DNA from: Octopus vulgaris
Taxonomy: Eukaryota
DNA: 64,000 nucleotides
Assembly: GCA_951406725.2 (NCBI GenBank)
Contig: OX597836.1
Location: forward strand, 34,472,001-34,536,000
Direction: 5' to 3'
The translations under genes and the position numbers were made by a program. Positions 43,871 through 57,459 of the stretch are shown here, in pieces (the first letter of the stretch is position 1; the number at the start of each line of letters is the position of its first letter). The notes beneath the pieces are model-generated. The model was given only the letters and a program-made list of their open reading frames with translations. It was not told where the DNA came from and ran no database searches.

Positions 43871-44090
43871 ATGTGCGTATGTATATATATATATATCTAT
43901 ATAGAAAATGCGTATTAAGGTTTTGTGATCTATGTGCTTGTGTACGTAGGCTAATTAAATGCGTATACTCCTGGGTAAGTATGTGCGTATGTATATATAT
44001 ATATATCTATATAGAAAATGCGTATTAAGGTTTTGTGATCTATGTGCTTGTGTACGTAGGCTAATTAAATGCGTATACTCCTGGGTAAGT
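43871..44090 (+). repeat. Perfect tandem duplication, 2 x 110 bp
   Basis: 43871-43980 equals 43981-44090. Confidence 0.9.
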
Positions 44091-44652
44091 ATGTGTGTCT
44101 TGTTTAACCCTTTATTTTTGTCTCAGTCATTGAACAGCGGCCATGCTGGGGGTGGTTATTGGTGGGGTTTGTTGTGGGAGTGGGTGGGGTCGATTTTTTT
44201 AGACACGTGATGTTTTTATTGGTAACTTTTTGCTGAAATGTTAAATTATCTGGACGTAAACAAGCTAATATCGGTTGCCAAGAGATAGTGGAGATCGAAC
44301 AAACACACACATAGATAGATTGATAGATAGATAAAACAAAAGAAACAAAAAAAGGTGGCATAGGTTTTCGATCAAAAGGGATCGTAAAAGTGAAAAAGAA
44401 CAAAAAAAAAGAAAAAGAAAAGAAAAAAAGAGAAAAGGGAAAAGGAACAAAAGAAAAGAAAATGAAAAAAGAAGAAAAAAGAGGAAAAAAGGGGAAGAGG
44501 AAAAAAAACGATCAATAGGGGTCGTGTATCAGTGTCATGATGTAAGGTATAAAGGGGAAAGCAAGTAAGGTTTATCCATGGGAAGAAAAGCCTACGAAAA
44601 AAGACCACGGTAATCTTGGTCAATATTGTTATATGTTAGATAACATATAGAC

Positions 44653-44726
<74 letters not shown>

Positions 44727-45130
44727 CTAGGTAGGTAGGTAGGTAGGTAGGTAGGTAGGTAGGTAGTAGGTAGTTTTCATCTCCGAAATCCACACACGAA
44801 GATACTTCATCAGACTGCCATGCATTGCAAGTGAACCTGGAGACATGTGGTGGGGAGGTAAAGCTCTTAGCACACCACCAAGCCTGTGCCTGTATGTACG
44901 TGAATGTAAAGGAATGCACATATTTCTGAATAACTGTAAACATACTGACGCATTAGGAAATACAAACGCTCCGTCACACATACATGCACACACTACGGAC
45001 GTTGACATGATTTGTGTGTGTGTGTGTATGTGTGTGTGTGTGTATGCGTGTGTGTGTGTGCGTGGGTGCGTATTTATGTGTGTATATAAATGTGCGGTTG
45101 TGTATACATACATATATAGCTGGTAGCTAA

Positions 45131-45182
45131 CACACGCTGAGGACCTGAGGACGGGTAACCACCCAGAAACTCGAGTCCGTAT
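45131..45182 (+). ncRNA. Type I hammerhead motif with a duplicated CTGAGGAC box
   Basis: cacacg-CTGAGGAC-CTGAGGA-c-gggt(aacc)accc-a-GAA-ACTCGAGT-C-cgtat; GUC site, palindromic stem III. Confidence 0.6.
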
Positions 45183-45279
45183 AAATCACGTAAGGTTTCA
45201 GATAGCTCGCAAATACTAACCGGACATAGAATATGTGTCGTTAGACAGCTGAGGACATGTCTACCTGGGGCTATAATAT

Positions 45280-45365
<86 letters not shown>

Positions 45366-45494
45366 ATATCCCAACCACGTTGTTCAGGGTTCAGTCCCAC
45401 TGAGAGGTACTTTGGTTAAATGTCTTCCACCAAAGCCTTGTGAATGGAGCTGGTAGACGGAAACTGAAAGAAGCCTGTCATGTGTGTGTACGAA

Positions 45495-45526
<32 letters not shown>

Positions 45527-45637
45527 ATTGTTTGTTTGCCATCTCCGCTTGAGTGTGGTGCCCCAGTAGGGCCGCGTTCTAATGAATGAAACAAGTAAAT
45601 ACACACAGACTCAAATATATATATATACATATATACA

Positions 45638-45685
<48 letters not shown>

Positions 45686-45723
45686 TATACATATATATAC
45701 ATATATATACATATATATATATG

Positions 45724-45766
<43 letters not shown>

Positions 45767-45773
45767 TGTATAA

Positions 45774-45808
<35 letters not shown>

Positions 45809-46110
45809 CAAACATATATACATATATACATGTGTGTGTATATATATATATATATATACATGTATACATATATACATATATTTTATTTTATTTTTGAAAA
45901 ATTTTTATATTTTTAAATTTTTTATTGTATTATTATTTTTTAATCTTTTTTTGTCTTTTATTTTCTATTTTTTGTTGTTATTAATTTATTTGAATTAAAT
46001 CATGCCTTGCACAGTAAGGTCCGGCGAATCTATTTACAAATACACATATTTTTCTGTTAAATTTAAAATATAGTACTTGGTATCGAACTATGATATTTAA
46101 GTTATTTAAA

Positions 46111-46204
46111 GGCCTGATGATTGGGGTTAAATTTTAAGAAAGGTTCCTGTAAAACACTGCGTGCTTAAGGACCCGTAAAAGAACCTCAAGCAACACGTGT
46201 AGCT
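46111..46204 (+). ncRNA. Type I hammerhead motif with a GAAA-to-GCAA core mutation
   Basis: ggc-CTGATGA-ttggggtt...aacctcaa-GCA-ACACGTGT-A-gct; 8-bp stem II, palindromic stem III. Confidence 0.55.
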
Positions 46205-46268
46205 GAGAAATGAGTAGAAAGTATTAAATTAAAATATATATATATACACACATACATATATCTGTATA

Positions 46269-46363
<95 letters not shown>

Positions 46364-46510
46364 ATATATATATAGGGAGAGTTTATGAAAAAATCAAAAG
46401 ACGAAGACAGGTGGTGTACCAAACATTAAATGTATTAGTATAACGCTCAGGAATAGAAAAAGGCTTTTACGTTTCGAGCCTACGCTCTACTACATAAATA
46501 TATATATAGG

Positions 46511-46542
<32 letters not shown>

Positions 46543-46954
46543 AAGATAAATATAGCTATATACATATTTGATTGCATACATATATGCTGAGTGCCTAAGT
46601 ATACATGTGTGTGTATGTGTATGTGTGTGTCTTTCTATGCACAGAAGCACGAAGGTGTCAATAGCCTTACTATGTTCAAGCATGTGTGACCCCATCTGCG
46701 TGTTTACAGTTGTAGAGAAATATGTAAATTCTTCCCATGTGTACACACGCATGCGTACCTATACACCTATACCTATGTCTGTTTTACACTGTGCGTCTCC
46801 TTTCATGTGTGTGTGTGTGTGTGTGTATGATTATGTGTATATTTAAATATGTGCATATGTAGGTATTTATGAATATGTGTAAGTAAACGTTACGGATATA
46901 AATTTGTGTTGCACGATTCCTGAAATATATAAACGTATATACACATGCATACAC

Positions 46955-47086
<132 letters not shown>

Positions 47087-47499
47087 TAATATATATACAT
47101 ATGTGTGTGTATGCAAATAGATACACATATGTATATATATATATATTATATGCAAATATATATATACATACATTCATACATATGGATAAACTGTTGTATA
47201 AAGACACACATGTATGCATGTATATATACATATATGTTATATATATATATGTTATATATATATATATATATATATACATGATATATATCTATATATATAT
47301 ATGTGATATATGATATATATTATATATACCTATATATACATGTATAACTATATACATAGACATGCACTGGCAGTTTAGAATATACAGATAAACACGCATT
47401 AATACATATACATACATATACACAGAAAAAGCACCAACAAACACAACCACCACCACCACCACCACAACAACAACAACAACAACAACAACAACATCATAC

Positions 47500-47567
47500 A
47501 TCAAGTGAACGAACACGCCATGTTCTCTAAGCTCAAGGCATTCTTTCATTCTCAGAACTAATGTCCT
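47500..47567 (-). other. Candidate exon containing in-frame TGA-GCT-TAG
   Basis: Acceptor gttttaattag|, donor GAT|gtatga; 68-nt unique island between microsatellites. Confidence 0.4.
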
Positions 47568-47613
47568 CTAATTAAAACAACAACGAAGAATGCATAAAGT
47601 AATAATAATAATT

Positions 47614-47677
<64 letters not shown>

Positions 47678-47702
47678 TAATAAAATAATAATAATAATAA
47701 TA

Positions 47703-47932
<230 letters not shown>

Positions 47933-48336
47933 TAGCAACATGAAATATATCAACACATGTAAAAATGAAAGAAGTACAGAAAGGATTGTAAAAAATTGTA
48001 AACAACTGAATTCAAAGTAGAAATGGCAAAACAATGTTGCATTGTAGAGATTGGGGGGAGTGGAAGGGAAGTGGGGGTTTTGTTTTAATTGTTGCTTTGT
48101 AAATCTGTTGAAGGTATTTCAATTTTGAAGGTCTGTGTATATGTATAAGGGTGTGTATATATGTGCGTGTATGTGTGTGTATGTGCGTGTGTGTGTGTGG
48201 GTATGTATATGTATGTATGCATGTGTATATATAAATATGTATATACGTATACACACATATATATACATGTATATTCATATATATATATATATACATATAC
48301 ATACGTAAAGATATATATATATATACATATACATAC

Positions 48337-48374
<38 letters not shown>

Positions 48375-48527
48375 GTATGTATATGTATATATGTATATAT
48401 ACATATACATACGTATATATATATATATGTATATATATACATATATATATATATACGTATACGTATGCTTAGATTTATCTAAATATGCCTAAGTTTGCAT
48501 ATATGTGTGTATATATATATCTGTATA

Positions 48528-48573
<46 letters not shown>

Positions 48574-49324
48574 TACCTACATATATATGCACACACATAT
48601 ATCCATACATATATATCTACCTATATATATGTATACATACATACGGACAGACATACATATACATACATACATGTATACACAGAGACTTGCATTTATATAT
48701 GCAAAAATACATTTATGCTTACATAAAGATGAAACTTCAATAGAATTCGTGCATAACATGCCAGACATAATGATCAGGGACACACAGAAAAAATATGCCC
48801 AGTATTTCAAGTCAGTTGCCCAAACAGATGTCAACATAATGTTAAAGATTAGTAAATAAAGAAAACACTCATGTTAAACTGATGAGGAATTTGCTGTTCT
48901 TTCATCTGGACAATAGCTTTAGATATCTACCTGTAATTACCGGCGGGCTTGGCTACGTGCCCAACTGCTTAAATATTAATCATGAGAAGTGGGTCTTCAC
49001 AAAACCAGAAAAAGAAAAAAAAATCGTCTAATCATGAGTTTACTCATATAACTTATCAAAGGCACTGTTAAAGTATGCAAAATGTTCACGGATTTTAGCA
49101 GGCAATAAGAAGCTGATATGCAATTACATCTGTGTCTGCACGCATTTTTGTTTTGTACATACATATGTATATGCATATATGTGTGAACATCCACAGTTGA
49201 GTGCATGCATATATATGTATATATGTCATATATATATATATTCATATACGAAACGTATGTATGATATATATATATATTCAATATGTGTGTGTGCGTGTAT
49301 ATATATATGTACCTTACTCTTTAA

Positions 49325-49527
49325 CTCTTTTACTTGTTTCAGTCATTTGACTGTGGCCATGCTGGAGCACCGTCTTTTCGTCAAGCAAATCTACCACAGT
49401 ACTTATTTTTTGTAAACCTAGTACTTATTCTATCGGTCTCTTTTTGCAGAACCGCTAGATTACGGGGATGTGAACACACCACCATCGGTTGTCAAGCGAT
49501 GTTGGGGGTACAAACACAGACACACAA

Positions 49528-49567
<40 letters not shown>

Positions 49568-49930
49568 GTGACCGCGTGTGTACCGTTGGCGATTTTTTTT
49601 CCTCCGTTTTCCCTTCTCTGGATCTTTCCTTTTCCTATGTTTCTGACGAAGAGCTCCGCTCGAAACGTTAACCCCTTCTTTTTCCCTTCCCTCCTGAGCG
49701 TCCAATAATACTATATTTGTTCCACGTCCTCGCGTTGTTGTGTTTTCTCTTTGTGTTTTCATGTTTCGATTAACTTTATATATATACGTCGGGCTTCTTT
49801 CAGTTTCCGTCCATCAAATCTACTCACAAGGATTAGGTATGCCCGAAGCTATTGCAGAAGACACTTTCCCAAGTTGCCACGCAACCATGTGGTTGGTAAG
49901 CAAGCTACTTACCACACAGCCACTCCTACG
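49325..49930 (-). mobile_element. SINE family A with a nested hammerhead element in its (TA)n tract
   Basis: Tail 49325-49530, head 49786-49930, insert 49568-49780. Confidence 0.8.
49638..49673 (+). ncRNA. Minimal type I hammerhead motif
   Basis: gttt-CTGACGA-a-gagc(tcc)gctc-GAAAC-GTT-aac; AACGTT palindrome; weak stem I. Confidence 0.55.
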
Positions 49931-49931
49931 C

Positions 49932-50020
<89 letters not shown>

Positions 50021-50021
<1 letters not shown>

Positions 50022-51296
50022 GAGGGACGTTCAATAAGTAATGCCTCTGACCCACTTCCAGGTGTTTGATCTAGTTGAAATTTTGCATGTGCAATTACTT
50101 ATATCGCTATAGATTAGGTGGCAAATTACAGCTCTGAACTAATTATGGTTTCTGATTTACAGGTGTTTGAACTGAGTCAAGTGTGAAATGGAGCCTGTTG
50201 AGTGTCGAGCAGTGATCCGGTTTTTGTATTTGAAAGGACGCACACCACGGGAGACTTTTGATGAAATGAAAGTAACTCATGGTGATGATGCCCCATCATA
50301 TGACCTTGTAAAACGCTGGCATCGTGAATTCAAACATGGTCAGAACTCTGTGGAAACAGCTCCCAGATCTGGTCGACCCCTCCCTGCCATTGATGAGGCA
50401 TCTGTTCGTCAAGTTGAGGCTGCCATTTTGGAAGATCGCCAAATAGCCCATGAGGTCAAGATTAGTACCGGGTCAGTGGAAACTATCATTCATAACCATT
50501 TGCATATGCAAAAGGTGTCTGCCAGATGGATTCCCAGGTTGCTCACGCCTTTCCAGAAGCAAGAACGCGTCGAGTGCTCGAGGATGAATTTGGAGACGTA
50601 CCAAGAAGATGAGTCAAACTTTTTCAAAAGACTGATTACACAGGATGAAACCTGGGTCCATCACTATGATCCAGAGACCAAAGCCCAGTCAATGCAGTGG
50701 AAGCACCGTGACTCACCTCCTCCAAAGAAGGCAATGGTGCAGCCCTCTGCTGGCAAGGTCATGCTCACAGTCTTCTGGGACCAGGACGGAGCAGTGATGA
50801 CAGATTTCCTGGCAAAGGATACCACAATTACAGGAGCCTATCATGCTTCACTTTTGAGGAAATTAAGAGAAGCTATCAAAACCAAGTGGCGGGACAAGAT
50901 CAGCAAAGGCATCCTCCTCCTGCAGGACAACGCTCCGGTCCACAACTCGCGTGTCACCAGATCAGAAGCACAGGCGTGCGGCTATGAACTCCTCCCCCAC
51001 CCCCATACTCTCCTGACCTTGCACCCTCTGATTTTCACCTCTTCCCAGCCATGAAGTTGTTTTTGAAAGGAAAGCGTTTCCCAGATGATGCAGCCTTGAT
51101 TTCTAAAGTCACGTTGTGGATGGAGGACCAAGCTGGGGTCTTTTACAAAAACGGTCTCCAGAGCTGGATCAAACGATGGGAGAAATGCGTAACTCTGAGT
51201 GGTTCCTATGTAGAAAAAGACTCATAACTGTGCCAAGTTCCGTTGCTCTACTGGTATGGGAAGTGAGTCAGGGGCATTACTTATTGAACGCCCCTC

Positions 51297-51297
<1 letters not shown>
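50021..51297 (+). mobile_element. Full-length mariner (Tc1/mariner, DD34D-type) transposon, 1277 bp, in (TA)n
   Basis: TIRs cgagggacgttcaataagtaatgcc / ggcattacttattgaacgcccctcg; TA flanks on both sides. Confidence 0.95.
50188..51227 (+). pseudogene. Mariner transposase pseudogene
   Basis: HTH region, ARWIPRLL, ITQDETW, LLQDNAP; frameshift in the C-run near 50995-51004 moves YSPDLAPSDF...RWEKC to another frame, which ends in TAA at 51227. Confidence 0.93.
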
Positions 51298-51334
<37 letters not shown>

Positions 51335-51374
51335 TAATATATATGCATACACACACACACATATATACATATAT

Positions 51375-51424
<50 letters not shown>

Positions 51425-51515
51425 AACACACATGCACACACACATTAACAAACATAGAGAAACAAACACAAGACATACACAGGACGTGAGGACATTAACA
51501 TTTAGATATACATTG

Positions 51516-51560
<45 letters not shown>

Positions 51561-51927
51561 CATGCATACATATATATATATATAAATATAGATAAACATA
51601 TGTGTATTCATATATATATACTTATCTACATATATATTTATATATATATATATCTTTGTGTCTATATGTATATATATATTTACATACATCTACACACATA
51701 TATACTGTTCCAGACACACGTATTTAAATGAATACCTACATATATACTTTTATACATACATGTATGTATATATATGTGTTCACGCACATGCGCGCGTGTG
51801 TGTGTCTGTTCATCTAAATATGTGTGGGTCTGTGCACCTTACCGTATGTGTATATATGTTCTGATCCAGACAACATCCTACACAAACATAGATATATATA
51901 TGCATGTATGTATGCATATATACATAT

Positions 51928-51985
<58 letters not shown>

Positions 51986-52039
51986 ATGTTGATTTGCCTA
52001 ATAGTGGTTTTATCTCTAATTTAATTTATATATATATCT

Positions 52040-52180
<141 letters not shown>

Positions 52181-52367
52181 TGGATAGATAGACTCAGACG
52201 CCCAGCTACACAAGCCCTCAAACACAAACACCCATACTCTTAAGAGAAAGACACTAAATGAGCCAGGAAAAACAGTTGTTTGTCGGAAAATTGCAGATGC
52301 CAAGAATGTGTAGAATTCTAATTTAGTAGGAAGTGTTCGTACTAATACATACGTAAATACATACATA

Positions 52368-52406
<39 letters not shown>

Positions 52407-52409
<3 letters not shown>

Positions 52410-53062
52410 CAATAGGGTAATAAGAAATTATTACTACCAGTGGCCTAGCACAAAAACGAATTAGTCATTAGACTATATATTATTCACATAGAAATACAAT
52501 AAGAGGCTTCCAAATAGGAAAGCCTTGTGCTGGAAAGAGCAGTAGAAAACTCAAAACCACCAAATAAGGATAAATTTTCGAAAGAAATGAAAATTAAAAA
52601 CGTTTACCACCTCGATTATTTCCCAGACCATGGTTTCTAACTATTTCCAGCAAAAAAATATTTGCTGAAGGCCAGTTTCATCAGTGGGACAGCCTTTCGA
52701 TTTCAAATACACAACACAGCCAGATCCACATGTAAAACTAACTGGTTGTATATTCTAACTTTTCAGACCACTGCGCAGACGCAGATTATACCTGGCGACA
52801 GAGAGGATGCCGGTAAAAATTTCGAACAAATTTATCGGAGAATATTTAAACATAATAAATAACAATCGGGTAATAAGAAATTATTATTACCAGTGGCCTA
52901 GCACAAAAACGAATTAGTCATTAGACTATATATTATTCACATAGAAATACAATAAAAGGCTTCCAAATAGGAAAGCCTTGTGCTAGAAAGAGCAGTAGAA
53001 AACTTAAAACCATCAAATAAGGATAAATTTTCGAAAGGAATGTAAATTAAAAACGTTTACCA
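52407..53062 (-). mobile_element. 453-bp-period partial tandem element (203-bp direct repeats) containing a hammerhead
   Basis: 52407-52609 repeats at 52860-53062; abuts (TA)n; hammerhead in the unique part. Confidence 0.8.
52621..52688 (-). ncRNA. Type I hammerhead ribozyme
   Basis: Minus: tccca-CTGATGA-aactg...tagtt-a-GAA-ACCATGGT-C-tggga; 5-bp stem I, inner cagcaaa/tttgctg hairpin, GUC site. Confidence 0.7.
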
Positions 53063-53140
53063 TCTGCATCTGCGCATTTGTCGGGTCTTCGCCGTCACAG
53101 CATATCTCCAGAGATCTCGGTCTTTCGTCATAGCCTCTAG
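53063..53140 (-). mobile_element. Short RTE-like 3' end
   Basis: Minus frame LEAMTKDRDLWRYAVTAKTR resembles an RTE C-terminus. Confidence 0.45.
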
Positions 53141-53190
53141 GAGGATATTTGTTGTTCGCTTGAAGCATTGTGTATTGGTTGTAAAATATA

Positions 53191-53773
53191 CGTCTTGAAT
53201 GGCATAACAATGCACTGTAGTAACAACAATGGAGTCTAATAACTGCTACAATTTAATCATCCATAGTCTGATATGGATGATTAATTATAACATTTATGTA
53301 TAGTTATAACATTTATGTATAGGACTTGTCCCAAACTTTGGCATCGAGAATTACACAAATACTAGAACTGGGCGCCACTGCATAGTGCCGAGGACTCCAA
53401 ATTTGCCATCAAGATGTAGGAGAAAATACTGCGATAGCCTGGGCTTCAGAGGTCCACAGCTCTTCAATATCCTCCCGAAGAACCTGAGAGACCTGCATGG
53501 GGTGGGTGCAGATGTGTTTAAAATAAAGCTGGACCTCTTCCTGTCAGGAGTCCCAGATCAACCAACTTCACGGCAGGAGGTGCAGATGAGGGCAGCTGCA
53601 TCGAACTCTCTCATGCACCAAATGGCAATTGCTAAAAAGCACTCATGAAGTAAAATCATGTAGCAACACCGAATGGCGGTACCCCAGCATGGCCACAGCT
53701 CGTGAGCTGAAACTAGATGAAATGAAATAGTCCATTGTTGTTATTATAGTGCATTGGTGTGCCATCCTAGACA
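53191..53773. mobile_element. MITE-like element (~45-bp imperfect inverted termini) enclosing a CR1 fragment
   Basis: gtcttgaatggcataacaatgcactgtagtaacaacaatgga versus tccattgttgttattatagtgcattggtgtgccatcctagac. Confidence 0.55.
53320..53728 (+). mobile_element. CR1-clade LINE 3' fragment
   Basis: GLVPNFG...SLGFRGPQLFNILPKNLR...FKIKLDLFLSGVPDQP...SNSL; (TGAAA)n tail. Confidence 0.85.
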
Positions 53774-53784
53774 CATTATTTATT

Positions 53785-54013
53785 TTTCTTTACTACCCAC
53801 AAGGGGCTAAACACAGAGGAGACAAACAAGGACAGACAAAGGGCTTAAGTCGATTACATCGACCCCAGTGCGTAACTGGTACTTAATTTATCGACCCCGG
53901 AAGGATGAAAGGCAAAGTCGACCTCAGCGGAATTTGAACTCGGAACGTAACGGCAGATGAAATACGGCTACGCATTTTGCCCGGCGTGCTAACGTTTCTG
54001 CCAGCTCGCCGCC
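53785..54013 (-). mobile_element. SINE family B, full length
   Basis: Near-identical to 2133-2363. Confidence 0.88.
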
Positions 54014-54060
54014 TTTATATATATATATTGGTTGGCCCTTTATATATATTATATATATTG

Positions 54061-54155
54061 GTTGGCCCAAAGCAATAGTAGAAGTAGAAGACACTTGCCC
54101 AAGGTGCCGCTCAGACTGAACTCGGAACCATGCGGTTGGAAAGCAAGCTTTTTAC
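54061..54155 (-). mobile_element. SINE family A head fragment abutting a candidate exon
   Basis: Minus: gtaaaaagcttgctttccaaccgcatggttccgagttcagt...ggcaccttgggcaagtgtcttc. Confidence 0.75.
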
Positions 54156-54269
54156 CGGCAGAAAGTGAAAGCTGGCCGTCTGCGTTTAACAAAAAGATGT
54201 CCTCCACTTTGCCAAGCAAAAGGATACACCATCTTGTATTCACAACCTGATGTTCTTTCATTAGACTTC
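54156..54269 (-). CDS. Candidate internal exon (SLMKEHQVVNTRWCILLLGKVEDIFLLNADGQLSLSA)
   Basis: Acceptor ttttgtgttctgacag|, donor CCG|gtaaaa; 114 nt, phase 1-1. Confidence 0.4.
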
Positions 54270-54459
54270 CTGTCAGAACACAAAATGGTTTCCGAATAAG
54301 ACAAAAAAAAAAATAAATAAAATAGAATAAGATAAAAAAATAATAAAAAAATATAAAAGATTCTGCAAGCATCAGCTTTCTTTAAGCATTTCTTGTATAA
54401 GTGATTGTTTTGTTTTTTCTTTTATTACTGTTCTTTTTGTCATTATTACTTTAATGCTG

Positions 54460-54476
54460 CAGGTAGTAGTAGTAGC

Positions 54477-54520
<44 letters not shown>

Positions 54521-54874
54521 CGGTGGTAGCAGCAGTAGTATTAGTAGCTGTAGTAGTATTAGTATTAGTAGTAATGGTGGTGGTGGTGGTGGTAGCAGCA
54601 GTATTATTATTATTAGTAGTAGTAGTAGTAGTGGTGGTGGTGGTGGTGGTGGTGGTGGTGGTGGTGGTGGTGGTGGTGTGCTGCTGCTGCTGGATGTGCT
54701 GGTGCTGGTGGTTGAGGCGATAGCAGTAGTAGTAGTAGTTGTTGTTGTACAAGAACGAGGAGGAGGAGGAAGAGTAATAGTAGTAGTAGTGGTGGTGCTG
54801 GTGCTGGTGATGGAGGTGGTAGCAGTAGTAGTTGTTGTTGTTGTACAAGGAGGAGGAGGTGGAGTAATAGTAGT

Positions 54875-54945
<71 letters not shown>

Positions 54946-54960
54946 ATGATGTTGTTGCTC
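54460..54960 (+). repeat. Compound (AGT/GGT/AGC)n trinucleotide tract
   Basis: Visible repeat; similar tracts at 55418-55756 and 56128-56705. Confidence 0.93.
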
Positions 54961-55417
54961 TTGGTGCAGTGATAGTCATTGCTCAATCCTCAGCGAGATC
55001 CAATAGAATAGAATAATGAACAAAGGCGTTCCAGTCGTGACCATTCCATCTTTCTTTTGTAAGTCAAAGATTTAACTCAATCACAGAGTGACCAACCTTC
55101 ACGTGTTAATGATGAAACATTTGTGATTTGAGGGCGGTTTGACTACTGCCTCTAGCAGATTAAACGACCACCTACCTACAAACACTTAAAGTACCAGGAC
55201 TGGCTAAAACGATAGATTTCAGAACATAATGATTTTAATTTTTTTACAGTACTTAGTTCCCTTTACGTTCTGAGTTCAAGCCCAGTCGAAGAATATCTTA
55301 CCTTTCAGCCTCCCGGGGTTTATAGATTTTATGAAATAAATTAGGATTCAAGAATGGGGCAATTGATGTGACCTCAGTCTTCTCATGACCCTTTGCCTGT
55401 GTTGCAAGCCTTTACTA

Positions 55418-55475
<58 letters not shown>

Positions 55476-55673
55476 GGTGGTGGTGGCGGTGGCGGTGGTG
55501 GTAGTAGCAGTTTTATTATTATTATTATTATTATTAATAGTAGTAGTGGTGGTGAAGGTGGCGGTGGTAGTGGTGGTAGCAGTATTATTATTATTATTAT
55601 AAATAGTAGTAGTTGTGGTGGTGGTGATGGTGGTGGTGGTGGTGGCGGCAGCAGCAGCAGCAGCAGTAGTAGT

Positions 55674-55756
<83 letters not shown>

Positions 55757-56124
55757 AAAAAGCACAAGAACAACCCACGAAAGAAAACCAGGAAAGAAAA
55801 TTAACTAGAATAGTTTTTTTGTTATTTTAATTTTTTTTATATATATCGGGCAAAAAACAAAAGTTGTTAAACCTCGTATTATTATCATCGCGCTGGGAGG
55901 AAGAAGGAAAAAAAAAAAACCGAAACTTTTTTTGGTTTTTTTAAATGACAACCAAAATACTATAAGTAACAAAAGATACAAAAAAAAATTCACTAATGGT
56001 TTTTATTCTCATCTTGAAAATTTTTTTTTGGTTAAAGTTCAAGAAAATAAAAGTTTTAATCCAAGAATATTAGCTCAGAAATGAGATGATACGACAAACA
56101 AACCAAAAGAAAAAAAAAACCAAC

Positions 56125-56204
<80 letters not shown>

Positions 56205-56227
56205 TGGTGATGATGATCATCATGGCC

Positions 56228-56320
<93 letters not shown>

Positions 56321-56377
56321 TTAATAATAATAAAAATAATGATAATGATGATCATGATCATGATAATGATGATAATA

Positions 56378-56414
<37 letters not shown>

Positions 56415-56615
56415 GTAGTAATAATAATAATAGTAGTAATAATAATAATAGTAGTAATAACAATGATGATGATGATGATGATAATGATGATCATGATAAT
56501 AATAATAATAATGATGATGATGATAATAACAATAATAATAATAATAATAATAACAATAATAATAATAATAATAATAATGATGACGAGGAAGAGTTGGAAG
56601 AGGAGGATCATGATA

Positions 56616-56647
<32 letters not shown>

Positions 56648-56894
56648 AATAATAATAATAATAATAATGATGATAATACTAATAATAATGGTAATGGTAA
56701 TAATAAAACGACAAAAAATAACAATCAGTAAAAAAAAATAAAGAAAAAGAAAGAGAAAATTGAAAGAAAAACAAATAAAGCAATTACTAGAGAGAACCAA
56801 ATCTGCCAAAATGTTCAGGTAGAAGAATTATTGTTGGCTGAAATTCAAATCGTGCCAAAAATAGGCTCGGTTAAGATTGTTTGTGTGAAGTTAC

Positions 56895-56919
56895 CAAGTT
56901 CATCCTCTATGGCTGGCAT
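56895..56919 (-). CDS. Candidate first coding segment (MPAIEDEL) of a possible exon at 56895-56963
   Basis: Donor TTG|gtaact; ATG at 56919 in phase with exon 54156-54269; weak acceptor. Confidence 0.25.
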
Positions 56920-57260
56920 CGCTTTCTCTTAACACCAGCAGCCATTTTTATTTGTCATATTTGCTGGTTTTATAAAGTGTATTTGTGTGTGTGTGTGTAA
57001 ATCTTTTAGGTGAGTTTCTGCAGATCTATGTATGTGTATGTGCGTGTGTATGTGTGCGTATGTGTGTCTATGTGTTTGTGTGTATGCGCGTGTGTATGTG
57101 CGTGCATGCATTTCTGCGTGTAGTTGTCGGTTTGCGAATTGTATATATAGGTGCATGTGCCTATATGTGAGTGAGAATATTTGTGTGTGTATGTGTGCGC
57201 TTAAGGTATTTGTATGTGTATGTTTCTGGATGTGAGTATGTGTATGTGCATGTGTGGGCG

Positions 57261-57294
<34 letters not shown>

Positions 57295-57403
57295 CGCGCG
57301 TGAGTATATAGACATATAGATATATATATATGTGTATGTGTGTGTGAGTATATAGATATATATATATGTGTGTGTGTGTGCGTGTGCGTATATATGTATC
57401 TTT

Positions 57404-57459
<56 letters not shown>

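Noticed and set aside
48876-48910. CTGATGAG as a hammerhead core or snoRNA C box
   Set aside because: No GAAA/GUH arrangement, and no D box with a terminal stem.
50188-51054. Active or domesticated mariner transposase
   Set aside because: A frameshift precedes the third catalytic Asp, and there is an apparent small deletion in the HTH region. The frameshift lies in a C-run, so a sequencing error cannot be excluded.
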